A DNA stretch of 64,000 nt from Perkinsela sp. CCAP 1560/9. Its lineage: Eukaryota; Protista; Euglenozoa: Kinetoplastea. The stretch is from NCBI GenBank assembly GCA_965644495.1, contig CBFFSA010000005.1:806001-870000 (forward strand), written 5' to 3'. A program made the position numbers and the translations under genes. The notes beneath the pieces were generated by a model. It was not told the origin of the DNA, did not search any database, and was given only the letters and a program-made list of their open reading frames with translations. This document shows, piece by piece, positions 32,560 through 44,344 of this stretch. How positions within the stretch are numbered: the first letter of the stretch is position 1; every line of letters begins with the position of its first letter.

Positions 32560-33329
32560 GAGGGGGGTATAAAGGGGGGGTCGCAGTACTATCCCCCCCC
32601 CTACCCTAGTATTGCCTGGTTTTGGTAAAAAGCAACGCTAGGAGGGGGTTCATCAGAAAAAATGGATTTTAACCTACATTTATAGTGCCGGTTACCCAAA
32701 TTTTTTTTCACCCCTTTTTTTTGACCCGACTACTTATGCGCAATTTTAGGCCAAAACCTGGTTGCGCTTAAGTGGGGGGGGGGACAGTACCTTATTAAAA
32801 ATATTGAGGTGGTTGCCTCGATTATACAAAAAAGGTGAACAAAAAAAGTGAAAATATAAAAAGGAATACAGTAACCAGACTAAAGTGGACGAGGAAGATA
32901 CTATAGGCACCTTTGGCAAACTACTACAAAACTGGAACGGTATCTCCCGGTTTGTTAAGCATTCTGATGTGACCCAAGAATCTTTAACGGGAGATACTGT
33001 TCCAGTTTTGTAGTAGTTTGCCAAATGTGCCTTTAGTATCTCCCTCGTCCACTTTAGCCTGGGTTACATAGCCATCGAAACATGCTCCCTAGGACTCCTT
33101 ACAGATTCCCACGCGAGGAAGTCGTCGTCGCCGCGGCAAAAAGACAGAAGGCTCCACCTTCTGCCTTTTTGCCTTGCGCCTCCTCCTTCCTCTATGGCCT
33201 TGCGTGTCACACACTTCCAGTTGAACTTGGGCCTCTATAGGTGTACTAACAGCACATGGAGAAGAAATATCGAATTAAACCAAAGCGCATACAGGTATAT
33301 CAGGCCCCAAACTCTCAAAAAACTGTCTA

Positions 33330-34306
33330 GGAGTTGATTTGGGAAAAATATACTTTTTTACTTTCCCCCATAAGTTTTCATTTTTTTTCAAAATTTCAGA
33401 AATTGCTATGATCACCCTGGTAGGGAGGGGGTGGGGGCACGGGGTACCCATCGGAATTGTTGAAAAACTAGTGATTTTGTCACTCAATTCGATTCACACA
33501 TCTTTGTAAACATTTTTTACGAAAACTCACCTGAAACGATATCGGGCCCCAAAAAACTAGATTATTCATGATTTTTTGGCGATTTTTCTTTTTTAGGTTC
33601 TTCCTTAAACGCGGTGGTAATTTTCAACGCGAAGCTCGCAGCATGAGTGACTTTTAAGTTGAAAACAACCACCGCGTTTAACGAAGAGCCTAAAAATATA
33701 CCGTTCCCCGGGTTAATAGAAGAAAAAATATGAAAGGGGCCCCGGTAGTCCAAATCTGAAGAAAAAAATTCAAAAAAATGGGGGGTCTAGGGGGGTCCAT
33801 TGAGGGGGGGTCCATGGGGGGCGGTCCATCGGGGGAGCATACGTCGCGATTTTTTTTCTTCAAATTTTTCGCTTTTCAAAATCGAGCGCACAGCAGTGCC
33901 GCGGCGATGATTTTCCACCCCCCACCTGGGGGTGACCCCCCCTGGTACGCACAGGAGGGGTCCGACAAGTTCGAAAATTCCGAAATCTTTGGGGTGACCG
34001 AAAAAAAATATTTTTGACCGAAAGAAACGTAAAAATATTATTCTCCCAACATCGACTCCTAAAATATATTTTGAGAGTTTGGGACCTCAGCTCCCATTGT
34101 ACGGCGTTTTTTCCGTCAGATTCGCCTCCTACCCCTACTAGTAAGGCTTCAAAAACGGCCCAAATTCGGGTTAAAATTTCGCATCTTTGGCCTAAAAATC
34201 GGTCATTTTAAAAGATAGTTTATTCATGATCTTTTCACGACTTTTCTTTTTTAGTCGCTTCGTTAAACGCGGAGGTAGTTTTCAACGGGAGGCGCGCAGC
34301 ATGAGT
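33330..34306 (-). mobile_element. Two tandem diverged family A fragments
   Basis: Palindrome at 33585-33697, half palindrome at 34245-34306; interior matches 12000-12460. Confidence 0.65.
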
Positions 34307-34994
34307 TTATAAATTTGCGCCACAGCGTCTTGTAGTTCTAAAATTTGAATCGATATTCAATGGATTATATTCTGCGACATCATTTAAATTTTACGATGTA
34401 CAATAATAAAATTTCAGTACAGTAATAAATTTTCATGGGAGAATGTGCCCCCCCCCCCACTTATAGTACCGCGGCTTTCGACCGAACGGCACTGCTTTAA
34501 TTCTAATTATCCTTAATTGAAGTTTCACCGGTAACCCGCCCACACTTTCCTGTGCCCCCCCACTTATAGTGCCGTTCGGTCAAAAACCGCGGTACTATAA
34601 GTGGGGGGGGCACAGTAGTTTATAAAGTACGCTCCTGATGTGAGTCTGACAACAATAATATAGGCTCCTGATGTGAGTCTGACAACAATATTATACATGT
34701 AGGCTCCTGTTGCGAGCCTTTATCTATTATGGCAAGAAAATAACTTGCAAGGAGAAAAAGATACCGTTTCTGTACTGATTTCCAGGTCACAAAGTGTTTC
34801 TATTTTGGCCGCGCTCAAAGACACCTACCCCCCTAGTTGTTTGTTACACACCGAACGCCACCCCCTAGTTATTTGTCACACACCCAAGCCCCCTACTTAT
34901 TTGTCACTTTTCTCCAAAAAGGGGTGACAAATAAGTAGGGGGGGTATAGTATTATTTACACACTCTATTATTTACCATTTTTCGCATGTAAATA

Positions 34995-36389
34995 TTAAGT
35001 GGGAGGGGGGTTTATATGGTAATATAAAGTCGTGTTTTCAGTAGTTTCCTTCACTGCATGTAATTTGACTTCAGGATGAAAGCTCATTAAAATATCCATA
35101 ATGCAACGAAAAGTTAAGCGTGATGCCCAACATTTCTCCAAACTAATATTTTCACGCTCTGGAGGATAACGCTTTACGTCTTCCCTAGTTCTTTTTGTAA
35201 ACCAAGGATAAGCGCTCTTCATACTTTGTAAATTAGAAATTTGATGCTTTGTTAGTAAATATAGTGCCTCCGCTTGGATCGCCTGACCGTTCGTAGGAAT
35301 ATTCGAGAAGATATGCGTTGCTGATGAGTAAACGTGTTCAAAAAAAATATTTACATGACTAGGAAAAGAGCGTTCAGCGTTTGTCCACAAATAACTACGC
35401 ACTCCGTGGTATAAAAGAGGCCGAATGTTGCATTCATGCATGCAAAGAATGAGCATCACCGTGGAAAAAGGAATATCATCAAGTCCCTGAGAACGCTCAA
35501 CGTCATTCTTCCATTGTGGACTGCAGGCTGAAAGCAGCTCGGATTCATATAAAGGTCTTCTGGACGCAACAAGTATGGATTTCACTGGACCGAAGTACGA
35601 ATAATACGGCGTTTGACATAGACAGTCACTTGATCTCGAAAATTTAAAGGAATTAGTCGAATAATTTTTCTCATTTGAGCCACCTTGAACGCTTTCCAAA
35701 TTGGCACTTCTGCCTAGATATTTTTGTGAATCAGTATTTTTGCATTCAGCGTGTGTCGACACATCGATTGACTGCCTTTGAAATATATTTCTTCGGCATG
35801 GAAATTCTTCTGAACAACACGTGCGTTGTCGTCCACGGGTCTTTTTGTGTATTTGACTATCAATTCGTTTTCTGATAAAGTGAAGGCGCTTCGAATACAG
35901 GGTCAAAAAATAGTTTGATGCCTTTTTCAGATTCTTAGAAGCTTTCTTAATTTTCGTTTTTCTCTTGCACTGTTCAGAGTGTTGTTCACAAGGTCGCAAG
36001 CACTGCCGATATTCAGACAGTGCCGTCGGAAATGAAAATTTCATTTTTCTTGAGGCTAAATCTTCACATTCTTGATTTGCTTTGCGGATCGTTGCAAACA
36101 AAACAGCCTGCAAGTTGTAGTGTCCTGCCCGCAATTCCGATATTCGTAGCGGTACGGAAAAATCTCTTAGAAGGCGAGGTATGCTCTGGCACTCTTTTCC
36201 GGATGCCACTTGAAAAGTTGTATCTTTTAGCGCACTGACAAGAACTTTTTGATGCAATGTGCAGTAGTACGTGTACAAACCTTTGATTGATACACCTGCG
36301 CGAACCATTAGACGCTTTTTTAATATAAATTTATTCGAAAAATATACAATAATATACGACATGTAGTAATATACTACTCCCCCCTCCAT
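34995..36389 (-). CDS. Hypothetical protein (orphan, basic N-terminal half)
   Basis: 464-codon ORF in AT-rich DNA, same strand as the host genes; no motif recognised; start may be the ATG at 36308. Confidence 0.55.
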   Translation of the reverse strand: MEGGVVYYYMSYIIVYFSNKFILKKRLMVRAGVSIKGLYTYYCTLHQKVLVSALKDTTFQVASGKECQSIPRLLRDFSVPLRISELRAGHYNLQAVLFATIRKANQECEDLASRKMKFSFPTALSEYRQCLRPCEQHSEQCKRKTKIKKASKNLKKASNYFLTLYSKRLHFIRKRIDSQIHKKTRGRQRTCCSEEFPCRRNIFQRQSIDVSTHAECKNTDSQKYLGRSANLESVQGGSNEKNYSTNSFKFSRSSDCLCQTPYYSYFGPVKSILVASRRPLYESELLSACSPQWKNDVERSQGLDDIPFSTVMLILCMHECNIRPLLYHGVRSYLWTNAERSFPSHVNIFFEHVYSSATHIFSNIPTNGQAIQAEALYLLTKHQISNLQSMKSAYPWFTKRTREDVKRYPPERENISLEKCWASRLTFRCIMDILMSFHPEVKLHAVKETTENTTLYYHINPPPT

Positions 36390-37409
36390 AAGTACAGTGT
36401 TATATTTAATTACAGTGTTATTTAATTACGCTTTTAAGGTTATTTTTGGCTAAAATTAATCTTAATCAAATTAACCGTAATATAATCCACTCGTAAATTA
36501 ATAACTTTTGAATACACTTTTTGAGCAATTTTTAAGCGCCTAAGCCATTGGATTCGTCTGTGATCATTTTATAAAGGTATGTGCTTCGTATGAAAGTGAG
36601 GTCGATGGTGATAGACATGAAAAAAAGGATTTTTTTTGGGGATAAAAATAACTTTAATTAAAAATAATCGTAATTAAAAATAACCGTAATATAATCCACT
36701 CGTATTTGAATACTTCACTGTAATTATACTTATAATTACTTCCTTTCGTGCGCTGCGGTCTCCTTTAACCCTGCAATTCCGGTCCAAAGCCCGGAGCCGC
36801 ATACCTGAGAAATGGTATGATGGAAAGGTGATGGAAGGATGATCAAGGTAACGTGATGCTATAACGAGTTATTCGCCTTCTTAGTTGCTTAGTTGCCTAA
36901 TTGATATTTATTTACTTACTTGATTAGTTAGTTACTTGCTTAACGTACAATTGTATAATTCAGTTAGTTTGCATAGTCAGTTGCTTAGTTAGTTGCCTGG
37001 TTAATCTTTATTCACTTTTTGCTGCTTAGTTACTGGTTTATGCAACACATTAGTTAGTCAGTACCTTAGTTAGTCAGTACCTTAGTTAGTCAGTACCTTA
37101 GTTGTTTAGTTAGTCTCCCAGTTAGTTTCCATTCAGTTCGAGTTAGTTTGGACATGTATAATCAGTCAGTCGCCCGCGTAGTTGCTCAATTACCTGCCTA
37201 ATTAGCGTTCATTTACTTAGTGCTTAGCTAGTTACCTGCCTAGGTATAATACAGGTAGTTTGTATAACCAGTTGCTTAGTTAGTTCCCTGGCCATTTGCT
37301 TAGTTAGTTACCTAGTTAGGGTTTATGCACCTATCTGCTTAGTTAGTTAACTCTAATCAGTTAGTTACTCTCATCAATCATTTAGTTAGTTCTAATCATT
37401 TTTTAGTTA

Positions 37410-37700
37410 CCGTATACCCCCCCCAGTAAGAGAATGCGTTTTGGGTCGAAATGGCCAAATCTCTCTTACTGGGGGGGTATGCTTTTTTGGGCAGTTTCCT
37501 CTTTTCTCCCAACTTTTTTGTCCATTTTTTACATTTTTTCTTGTGAAAATGTGTTAAAACGCTTACCCCCGAGGCCCCCAACGTGCAGACACGCACCCCC
37601 TACCCCCTATACGCCCCCTGTGGGGCTCCCGAGCAAAATCTCTCTTACTGGGGGTCAGCCCCAAAAAGGCTAAATCTCTCTTACTGGGGGGGGTATACGG
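37410..37700. mobile_element. CCGTA-type TA-MITE
   Basis: TA|CCGTATACCCCCCCCAGTAAG ... CTTACTGGGGGGGGTATACGG|TA. Confidence 0.85.
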
Positions 37701-37740
<40 letters not shown>

Positions 37741-37786
37741 CAGGTAGTTAGTTCTAGTCAGTTAGTTAGTTCCAATCAGTTAGTTC

Positions 37787-38525
37787 GGTGAAACTGAACC
37801 AAACTCCGCATTTTTGCTCATTTCTGCAAAATAATTTTTTTTACCAAAGATTTGTCTTTCTTTGATATTGCTTTCACACAAACATAAACTATTGAAGCGA
37901 ATACCCTATTTATTGCCTATTTAATACCGTGCTCTGGAGATCTGGGCTCTCGTGTGGGTGCACCCTGACGAATTACATTAATACCTTCGTGGAGTGAATC
38001 ACAGTGCTCAAAGGGGCTTAAAGATCATCACTTGTCCCCTCTAGAGGGGATACATGATCCCTCTAGAGGGGTACAAGGGTGACTCTGGGTGTGCAGTACG
38101 TGGTCTGAGATCCTCATGGAACCCGTAGAAAATCGTTCGGTCGATATGCCCATCCTCAACATCATGGAATTGGAAATCGTACCAAGATGCGGACTAATGA
38201 AGCACGGTACAACTTTTCGCCCCAAGGCAAGTACAAGTGGGAGAGTGTTGGCCACTAACGGCAGTGGTCTACAACTCAAGAAACGCACACCACCACTGGA
38301 ATCCGCTAATTCCATGGTTAAGCAGAGGTCAAACAGTGAACAGAGTCCAAATCCTCGCAGAGAAATGCAGAGGAATTTTGAAGCGAATGAGGGCAATGTA
38401 TTGCTCAAATTATTGCTAAATTTGAAGGAGTAGTGTGCTTGCGTCCATCTAAGCAAGAAAAAAAGCTCAGAGTTGATGAAGGATGAAGTTTTTAGTGAAA
38501 GTGCGGAATTTGGTTTAGTTTAACC
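37787..38525 (+). mobile_element. Degenerate Merlin/IS1595-family element with 8-bp TSD
   Basis: GGTGAAACTGAACCAAACTCCGCA / TGCGGAATTTGGTTTAGTTTAACC TIRs; GTTAGTTC on both flanks; frameshifted remnants VENRS, T(N)EARY, THT/LESANSMVK. Confidence 0.8.
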
Positions 38526-39924
38526 GTTAGTTCTAATCAGTTAGTTCTAATCAGTTAATTCTAGTCAGTTAGTTCAGTCAGTTAGTTAGTCCTAATCAGT
38601 CAGTTAGTTGAGTCAATTGGTTAGGTACTCTAATCAGTGCTTTAATTAGTCAGTATCTTCGTTGTTTATTTAGCTTCGCAGTTAGTTTGCGCAATCAATC
38701 GCTCAAATAGTGGCCGCTTAGTGTCCAGTTACATGAGTAGTTAGCCGCTTAATTAGCGGCTTGGGTTTGTTAACTTCTTACTTGCCCATTGGCTATTTAA
38801 TCAAGTGCTCAGTTAATTACTGCATCAGTTGCTTAGTACCTTAGTTGCTTCGTTAGTGCTTTGATTGTAAAGTTAGTTACGTAATCGCTTGGCTAGCTTC
38901 CCTGTTAGTCCATTTATCACTTGCTTAGGCAGTGTCCGTCTGGCGCTTAGCTGCTTAATTGATTAGTTAGTTGATCGTTTAGCTGCCCGTTTCCATGATG
39001 GGCTATGTAATTTCTCTCTCAGTTGGTCGCTTATTTAGTGTTGGGAAAATCCTTAAGCGTTTATTCACTACAGTAGTACTGTAGCACAGTTAACAGTACT
39101 TACAAAGCTTACGGTGATAAATTTGAACTAGACCTTTCGTTATTGACATTATTTATCCCCATTCTCTGAAGCCAAGTTTCAACTTCCTTTGAACCTTTAA
39201 TTTTTTGTCTCAAGAATGGTGGACGCCCTTCCAGAGCTCGTTCCCGGGTACTCCCCTGTCACCGACGCTCGTACGGCTTACCGCGAGCTTTGCTCAATGA
39301 AGCGCATGGGGTTGACTTTGCGGGAAAAGTTGGTAGAAATACTGCTAAATAAAGATACATTTTCTGTACCTTGTTGTACATTTTGCTAGCCCTTCCTTTC
39401 TTTTCCCGGAAACGGGCATACATTTTCCCTTTAAATGCCCGTTTCCGGCTGACGGCTAGCAGGGACTGTCCCTCTTTGCCGTGGAAGTAGGGGACGTACT
39501 TCCGACTTTTCACCCCTCCCCGGCTCACTCCTTGAGTGAGTTTTCTTCCCTCCCCGGCTCTCTTCTTCTCGCGCCTGTCTCTTCCCGGGAGCTATGCGCC
39601 ATGGTGGCCTCCCTTGAGGACCACCGGGCGTGACTCTGCCTCGTCTTATCGCGAGGCAGCGGTCGGTTGCAGTACGCCCCTCCGGCTGCGTAGAGGTGGT
39701 GAGTTGCCTGGACCACCTCTACCGACTGGGACCGAGTCGGTTGCAGTGCGTCCCTCCGGCTGCGTAAAGAGAGGGCGAGTTGCCTGGACCCCCTCTACCG
39801 ACAGAGTCCGAGCTAAACCCCCTTGGTGCGACATCCGTCATTACGGATTGTGCCAATGATGTCGGCTGTCGCATCAAGGGCTGTATCTCTGCGCCAACGA
39901 GCGCATGAACATCAAAACTCAGTG

Positions 39925-40088
39925 CGCGACACGCGCGCTGGAGAGCGCGGGTCGCTAAAAAATATAATTCTGTCCCAGGGCTTCGCTCACAGTTGGGCCT
40001 TGCTCGCAAACGGGGGCTTTTGCCTCCAGACGTGGGCTTCGCTCACAGTTGGGCCTTGCCTCCAGACACCTAAATTAGGTGTCGCAGT
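39925..40088 (-). repeat. Copy of the Merlin left subterminal region
   Basis: Reverse complement of ~53450-53610 (GCAAGGCCCAACTGTGAGCG repeats). Confidence 0.7.
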
Positions 40089-40098
40089 CCTGGGATAA

Positions 40099-41516
40099 GG
40101 ACCTGCAAGTAAAGGACTATTGCATAAGTAAAGGACTTTTGCATAAGTAAAGGACTTTTGCATAAGTCAAGGACTTTTGTGGAACACCTACCCATTTTTT
40201 CCAATTTTCATTTTTTATGTTACAAGCAAGCCCCGCACCTGAGGTCACTCGTGAGTGGATATAATGGCAGTGAAGTATAAAAAGTGTGATTCAGCTGCAT
40301 AGATTTCCAAGAATCTCCATTTTGATATAAGGGGTTACCCCGCTAAAACGACCGAAAAAGGCGCAAAAATACAATTTACCCCCAAAAAACACCAGAAATC
40401 GTCGTTTTTTGGTGTTTTTGGGGGGTCACCTTTTATATTGAAACGGTTGTTTCGAGGTTAAGTTTGTACATAGCACCATATTTAGCCGTTATCTAGCCTT
40501 CGTGTACATGGTCTTCAACTTACCATGCAGTACAACGGCAATATACAGGGGGGGTGCACGAAAATATGGGGGGGGTCAAAATTCTTATAACTCGCCCAAT
40601 TTTGGAAAATAATTGCGCATTCGAGAGCTTTCACGGAGTTACGTGTCATGTGATAATGCGTTTCCCGCATTTTTAATTTTTTTTTAAGAATATAAAAAAA
40701 TCATGATTTTTCAAAGTGCAAAATTCTGCAGTTTTTTGAAAAAAATGTTTTTTTTGTGAATTTATCGACCTTTTCAATCCTAATACAGTACTATGCCCCA
40801 GAAAAGGTCATATTCGAATAATAAAAAGGTGCAGAAGCGGAGTAGATTTTGTTATTCGCCTCGCGGGCAACTTGAAGCATCTCACAGGATACAATTGGTT
40901 AAAAAATTCTCGATTCTGATATGGACGAGCACAAAAACTCGCTTTGTCCAACGAATCGTGCAGATCGCCTCTGGGGTCGAAAAATTAAAAGGGGCGCAAT
41001 ACGATGTATTTTTGAGGACTTTAAAGAGTGTTCCAACGCGTGTGAAAATTGTGTTGGAGAAAAAAGGTGGAAATTGTGGATACTCACTTTTTTTTACCAG
41101 AAAAAAAAACTTGCAGTTGCCCTTTTTACGGTATTCAGGAGAATGCATATACCTGGAAACTACGCAAAACGTAATATCACATGATACGTAACTCTGTGAG
41201 AGCTCTCGAATGCGCTATTATTTTCCAAAATTGGCCGAGTTGTAAAACTTTTGACCCCCCCCCCATATTTTCGTGCACCCCCCTGTATAACCAAGATTGA
41301 CGAAATTCATTTTTTTTGTGAAATATCCGGTCGTTGGTCCTGTCGAACTTTGTATTCGAGCACGCAAAATAGGGGGTATTTAGGCAGTGTGATCACGGAT
41401 CTGTAAATTGGTGATAACACTCGTTCGGAATCAACGAATGCAGATTAAGAGGTTGGTGGTCAAAAAAGGACTTCTGCAAAAGTCCTTGACTTATGCAAAA
41501 GTCCCTTACTTTGACC
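40099..41516. mobile_element. Putative TIR element with 19-bp subterminal repeats
   Basis: About 4 copies of GCATAAGTAAAGGACTTTT at the left, inverted copies at 41477-41512; exact ends and TSD unresolved. Confidence 0.45.
40546..41285 (+). mobile_element. Non-autonomous Tc1/mariner element
   Basis: TA|CAGGGGGGGTGCACGAAAATATGG ... CCATATTTTCGTGCACCCCCCTG|TA; remnant SVPTRVKIVLEKKGGNCGY. Confidence 0.85.
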
Positions 41517-41947
41517 ATTTACACCCACTTTTTTGGCTTTGTTTACGTCTTATGCTTTTACTTTTGTACTTATGGATATCTCAGGGCGCAGCACTTTTGC
41601 GTGATTGACGATAGTGATGTCAATTTTGCAAATATCGTCGGAGAATCTTGCCGTCTGTCTAACGAACCACTCTTTCGGAGCCGATGCGCCATAACCTAGC
41701 TGCGGAGAGAAACCTAGAAACAAGCAATGTTTCGAAAAGCTCGAAGACTGTTCGAAGTACCGCCCTAAAATTCCGGAGCTCGGCCTTCCTCTTCAGAAGG
41801 CCTATCTAACTTGTTGCTAACGAGGTGGAAACCATCGGCAAATTGTCTTATTTATGTCGAATTACACCTTCTAAGAACCTAAAAACAAGAAACGAAGTCG
41901 TCTCTGATGCAAATACGCATTTTTGAAAAAAAAATTTAGGGCACATT

Positions 41948-42400
41948 TTGACTGCAGTTGGCCCGAAATATGGGTTCTGCCCTGACTTGCACGAACCCCA
42001 ATTCTCTGACGGAAAGGGTCCGGATGTCTGTTTCGCGATGAGAAGTAAGCTATGCATTGTAGACGTCACAATCTGCAATCCGCTGGCTCCCTCCTATGTG
42101 GAAGCGGAACGAAAAACTCCCGGAAAAACACTTGAAAGCGTTGAAACAAAAAAAGGGAAAGTACACGGGGACATGGCGACGAGTCGAAATGTAATCTTTT
42201 TCCCTTTGGCTTTCACGGTGTTCGGAGTCGCGGGGAAAGAGACAATGCTGTTTCTAAAAAGACTTGCCCGCCCAACGCATGACCGTTACGGCTTCGTGCG
42301 GCACATGGTGATGGCGATAGGAATCGCCATCCAAAAGGGGAATTCCGCCATTCTTACGTCGGCTGTCCAGCACTGGAGGGCAGCCGGCATTAGGGCTTAA
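41948..42400 (+). pseudogene. C-terminal restriction-like endonuclease domain of a CRE/SLACS-type non-LTR retrotransposon
   Basis: GPDVCF...IVDVTICNP...E.KK...FFPLAFTVFG..GKE...IAIQKGN pattern typical of the CRE-clade REL domain. Confidence 0.75.
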
Positions 42401-42412
42401 AATAATACCGTA

Positions 42413-42814
42413 ATTGCGGGGGTTGTTTGCAACCTCTGCCTCTCCCTTCTTTATGTTGTCCGGGGTAGGGTGGATCCAGCAGGGTGAGAAAACGGGGTCC
42501 AGTCCCCCCTCTATCCTCGATTTGGGCACAAATCACGGTGCTTAAAAACGCAGGTCGCGGGACTCGAACCCAGGTGGTCCAGTGGGTACGACCTGCCGTT
42601 CATAATCTGGTGGTCGCAGGTTCGACTCCCGGCGTTTATATTTTCAGCCATACGCGTCGTCGTTAGTCAATTTGCGAAGCAGAAGGGGGGGTATGGCGAG
42701 GGCCCGTGTGAGCGGGCCTGAGCTATACGCGTCGTCGTTAGTGGGAAGCAATTTGCATAGCCCGTTTTCCACCAACCACCGCTTTTTAACGAAGCAGCTA
42801 GCACACCAACATTA
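42413..42814 (-). mobile_element. Family B repeat, second copy
   Basis: Near-identical to 32151-32559; abuts a family A copy head-to-tail. Confidence 0.75.
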
Positions 42815-42815
42815 A

Positions 42816-43689
42816 ATTGCGGTGGTTGTATAACTATCGCTCTTCTCTCGATTATTGAAAAAAAAGTTAACAAAAACAGTGAAAATATAAAGAGGAACAC
42901 AGTAATATAATAGAAGAAAAAAATATAAAAGGGGGCTCCGGTGGTCCAAAACTGAAAAAAATTCAAAAAAATGGGGGGTCTATGGGGGGGTCCAGGGGGG
43001 GGGGCATACCGCACGAAACTTTTTTTGAAAAAATTATTTTTCGAAAAAAACCCTGAGAAGGGGTGGCCGGGGTCTTGGCGCGCATTCCACCCCCCTACCC
43101 GGGGGTGACCCCCCCTCATATCCGCAGGACGGGTCCGCCAAGTTCGTATTTTTTAGGATTTTTTTTTGAAAAAAAATTCATCTTTGCGAAAAAAATGGCA
43201 GATGAAATATTTTTCCAAATTTGTTTCCCCTATCGTATTTTGACAGTTTGGGACCTATACTAGCTTACTCGGCCGTTGTTTTCGCCAGATATCCCTTCTT
43301 GGAGCCGTGGTACGCCCGAGAAAATGGCCCATTTTTGACTAAAAAAGGTGAAAAAGTATTTTTCGGATCCCAAGGGGCCTTTTTGTGTCGAAAGAATGGT
43401 ATGGCTAGAGTCGCATTCTCTACCCAATACGTTCGGTAGGCTTTCATTCATGCTTACAAGTGATTTCCCACGCGCAAATGTTAGTGCTCTGAGAGCGAAA
43501 ATGCCCAAAAATGACCCAATTTTTTGAAAATCGGCTATTTTTGGCTATAATCTTTCCGTTTTCTTCAGTTTTCCAGGCCGAATTTTCTTTTTTAGGCCCT
43601 TCGCAGGTGGTAGTTTTCAACGCGAAGCGCGCAGCATGAGTGACTTGTAAGTTGAAAACAACCATCGCGTTTAACGAAGGGCCTAAAAA
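42816..43689 (-). mobile_element. Family A full-length diverged copy
   Basis: ATTGCGGTGGTTG terminus and palindrome at 43585-43689. Confidence 0.8.
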
Positions 43690-44344
43690 TATAATTGAAA
43701 ATTTGTATTTATACTGTACCGCCCCTACTTAATTGTCACCGCTTTTCGGGAAAAAGGACAATTAAATAGGAGGGGTGCAAAATTTGAAGAAAGTAGGGGA
43801 AAAAAAATTTGCACCGCTTCGCGGCGCATGCTTAATCTATTCTACTGTCTGCTATTATTGTTCTTGTGTAAGCGTAGATCCAACGGATGCTAAAAAGGTC
43901 CGATTTTTCCGTCGCTGACGTCCGAGATGTAAAGATAAATGATTTTTTGAGTGTAATAGAACTTCTAGCCGAACAATACAGTCCATCTCGGTTGGAGAAA
44001 TTCCGGACAGCCTTAGTCCACAGACAGATTCTTGACCTCCCCGAAGCCGAAAGATGAAGTCGTGACGAGCGCTTCAAAATACAATTCAAAGGCCTTTTGG
44101 CTAACTGTACCCGGAAGCGGAAGCAAGAAGTGAGAGAAAAATGTGGGGCTACGGGTTGCGGGTTCGGTGCGGGTTGAAAAAAATCCTCTGAAAGCATGCG
44201 AAATTAGTCGGAGCTGCAGACATTGAAGGAGAAAAATAGTTAGATTGAAGGAGAAATCATAATGTGCGACATATATAGTGTACATAATAATATTACACTA
44301 CCTCCTAATATGTACACTACCTCCTACCACTACCATTACTTCCT

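Larger units (their letters stand above)
36880..39040 (+). repeat. Degenerate (TTAG)n-derived low-complexity tract
   Basis: Perfect TTAG run at 37701-37740 decaying into TTAG/TCAG/TTAGTTGC variants on both sides; interrupted by two transposons. Confidence 0.8.

Noticed and set aside
36765-36790. piggyBac-like TTAA|CCCT ends (also at 48875)
   Set aside because: No matching opposite end or transposase found.
37310-37330. Telomeric TTAGGG repeat
   Set aside because: Single occurrence inside a TTAG tract.
39259-39860. 89-aa basic ORF and two ~75-bp tandem units
   Set aside because: No recognisable motif or element boundaries; not enough support for a call.
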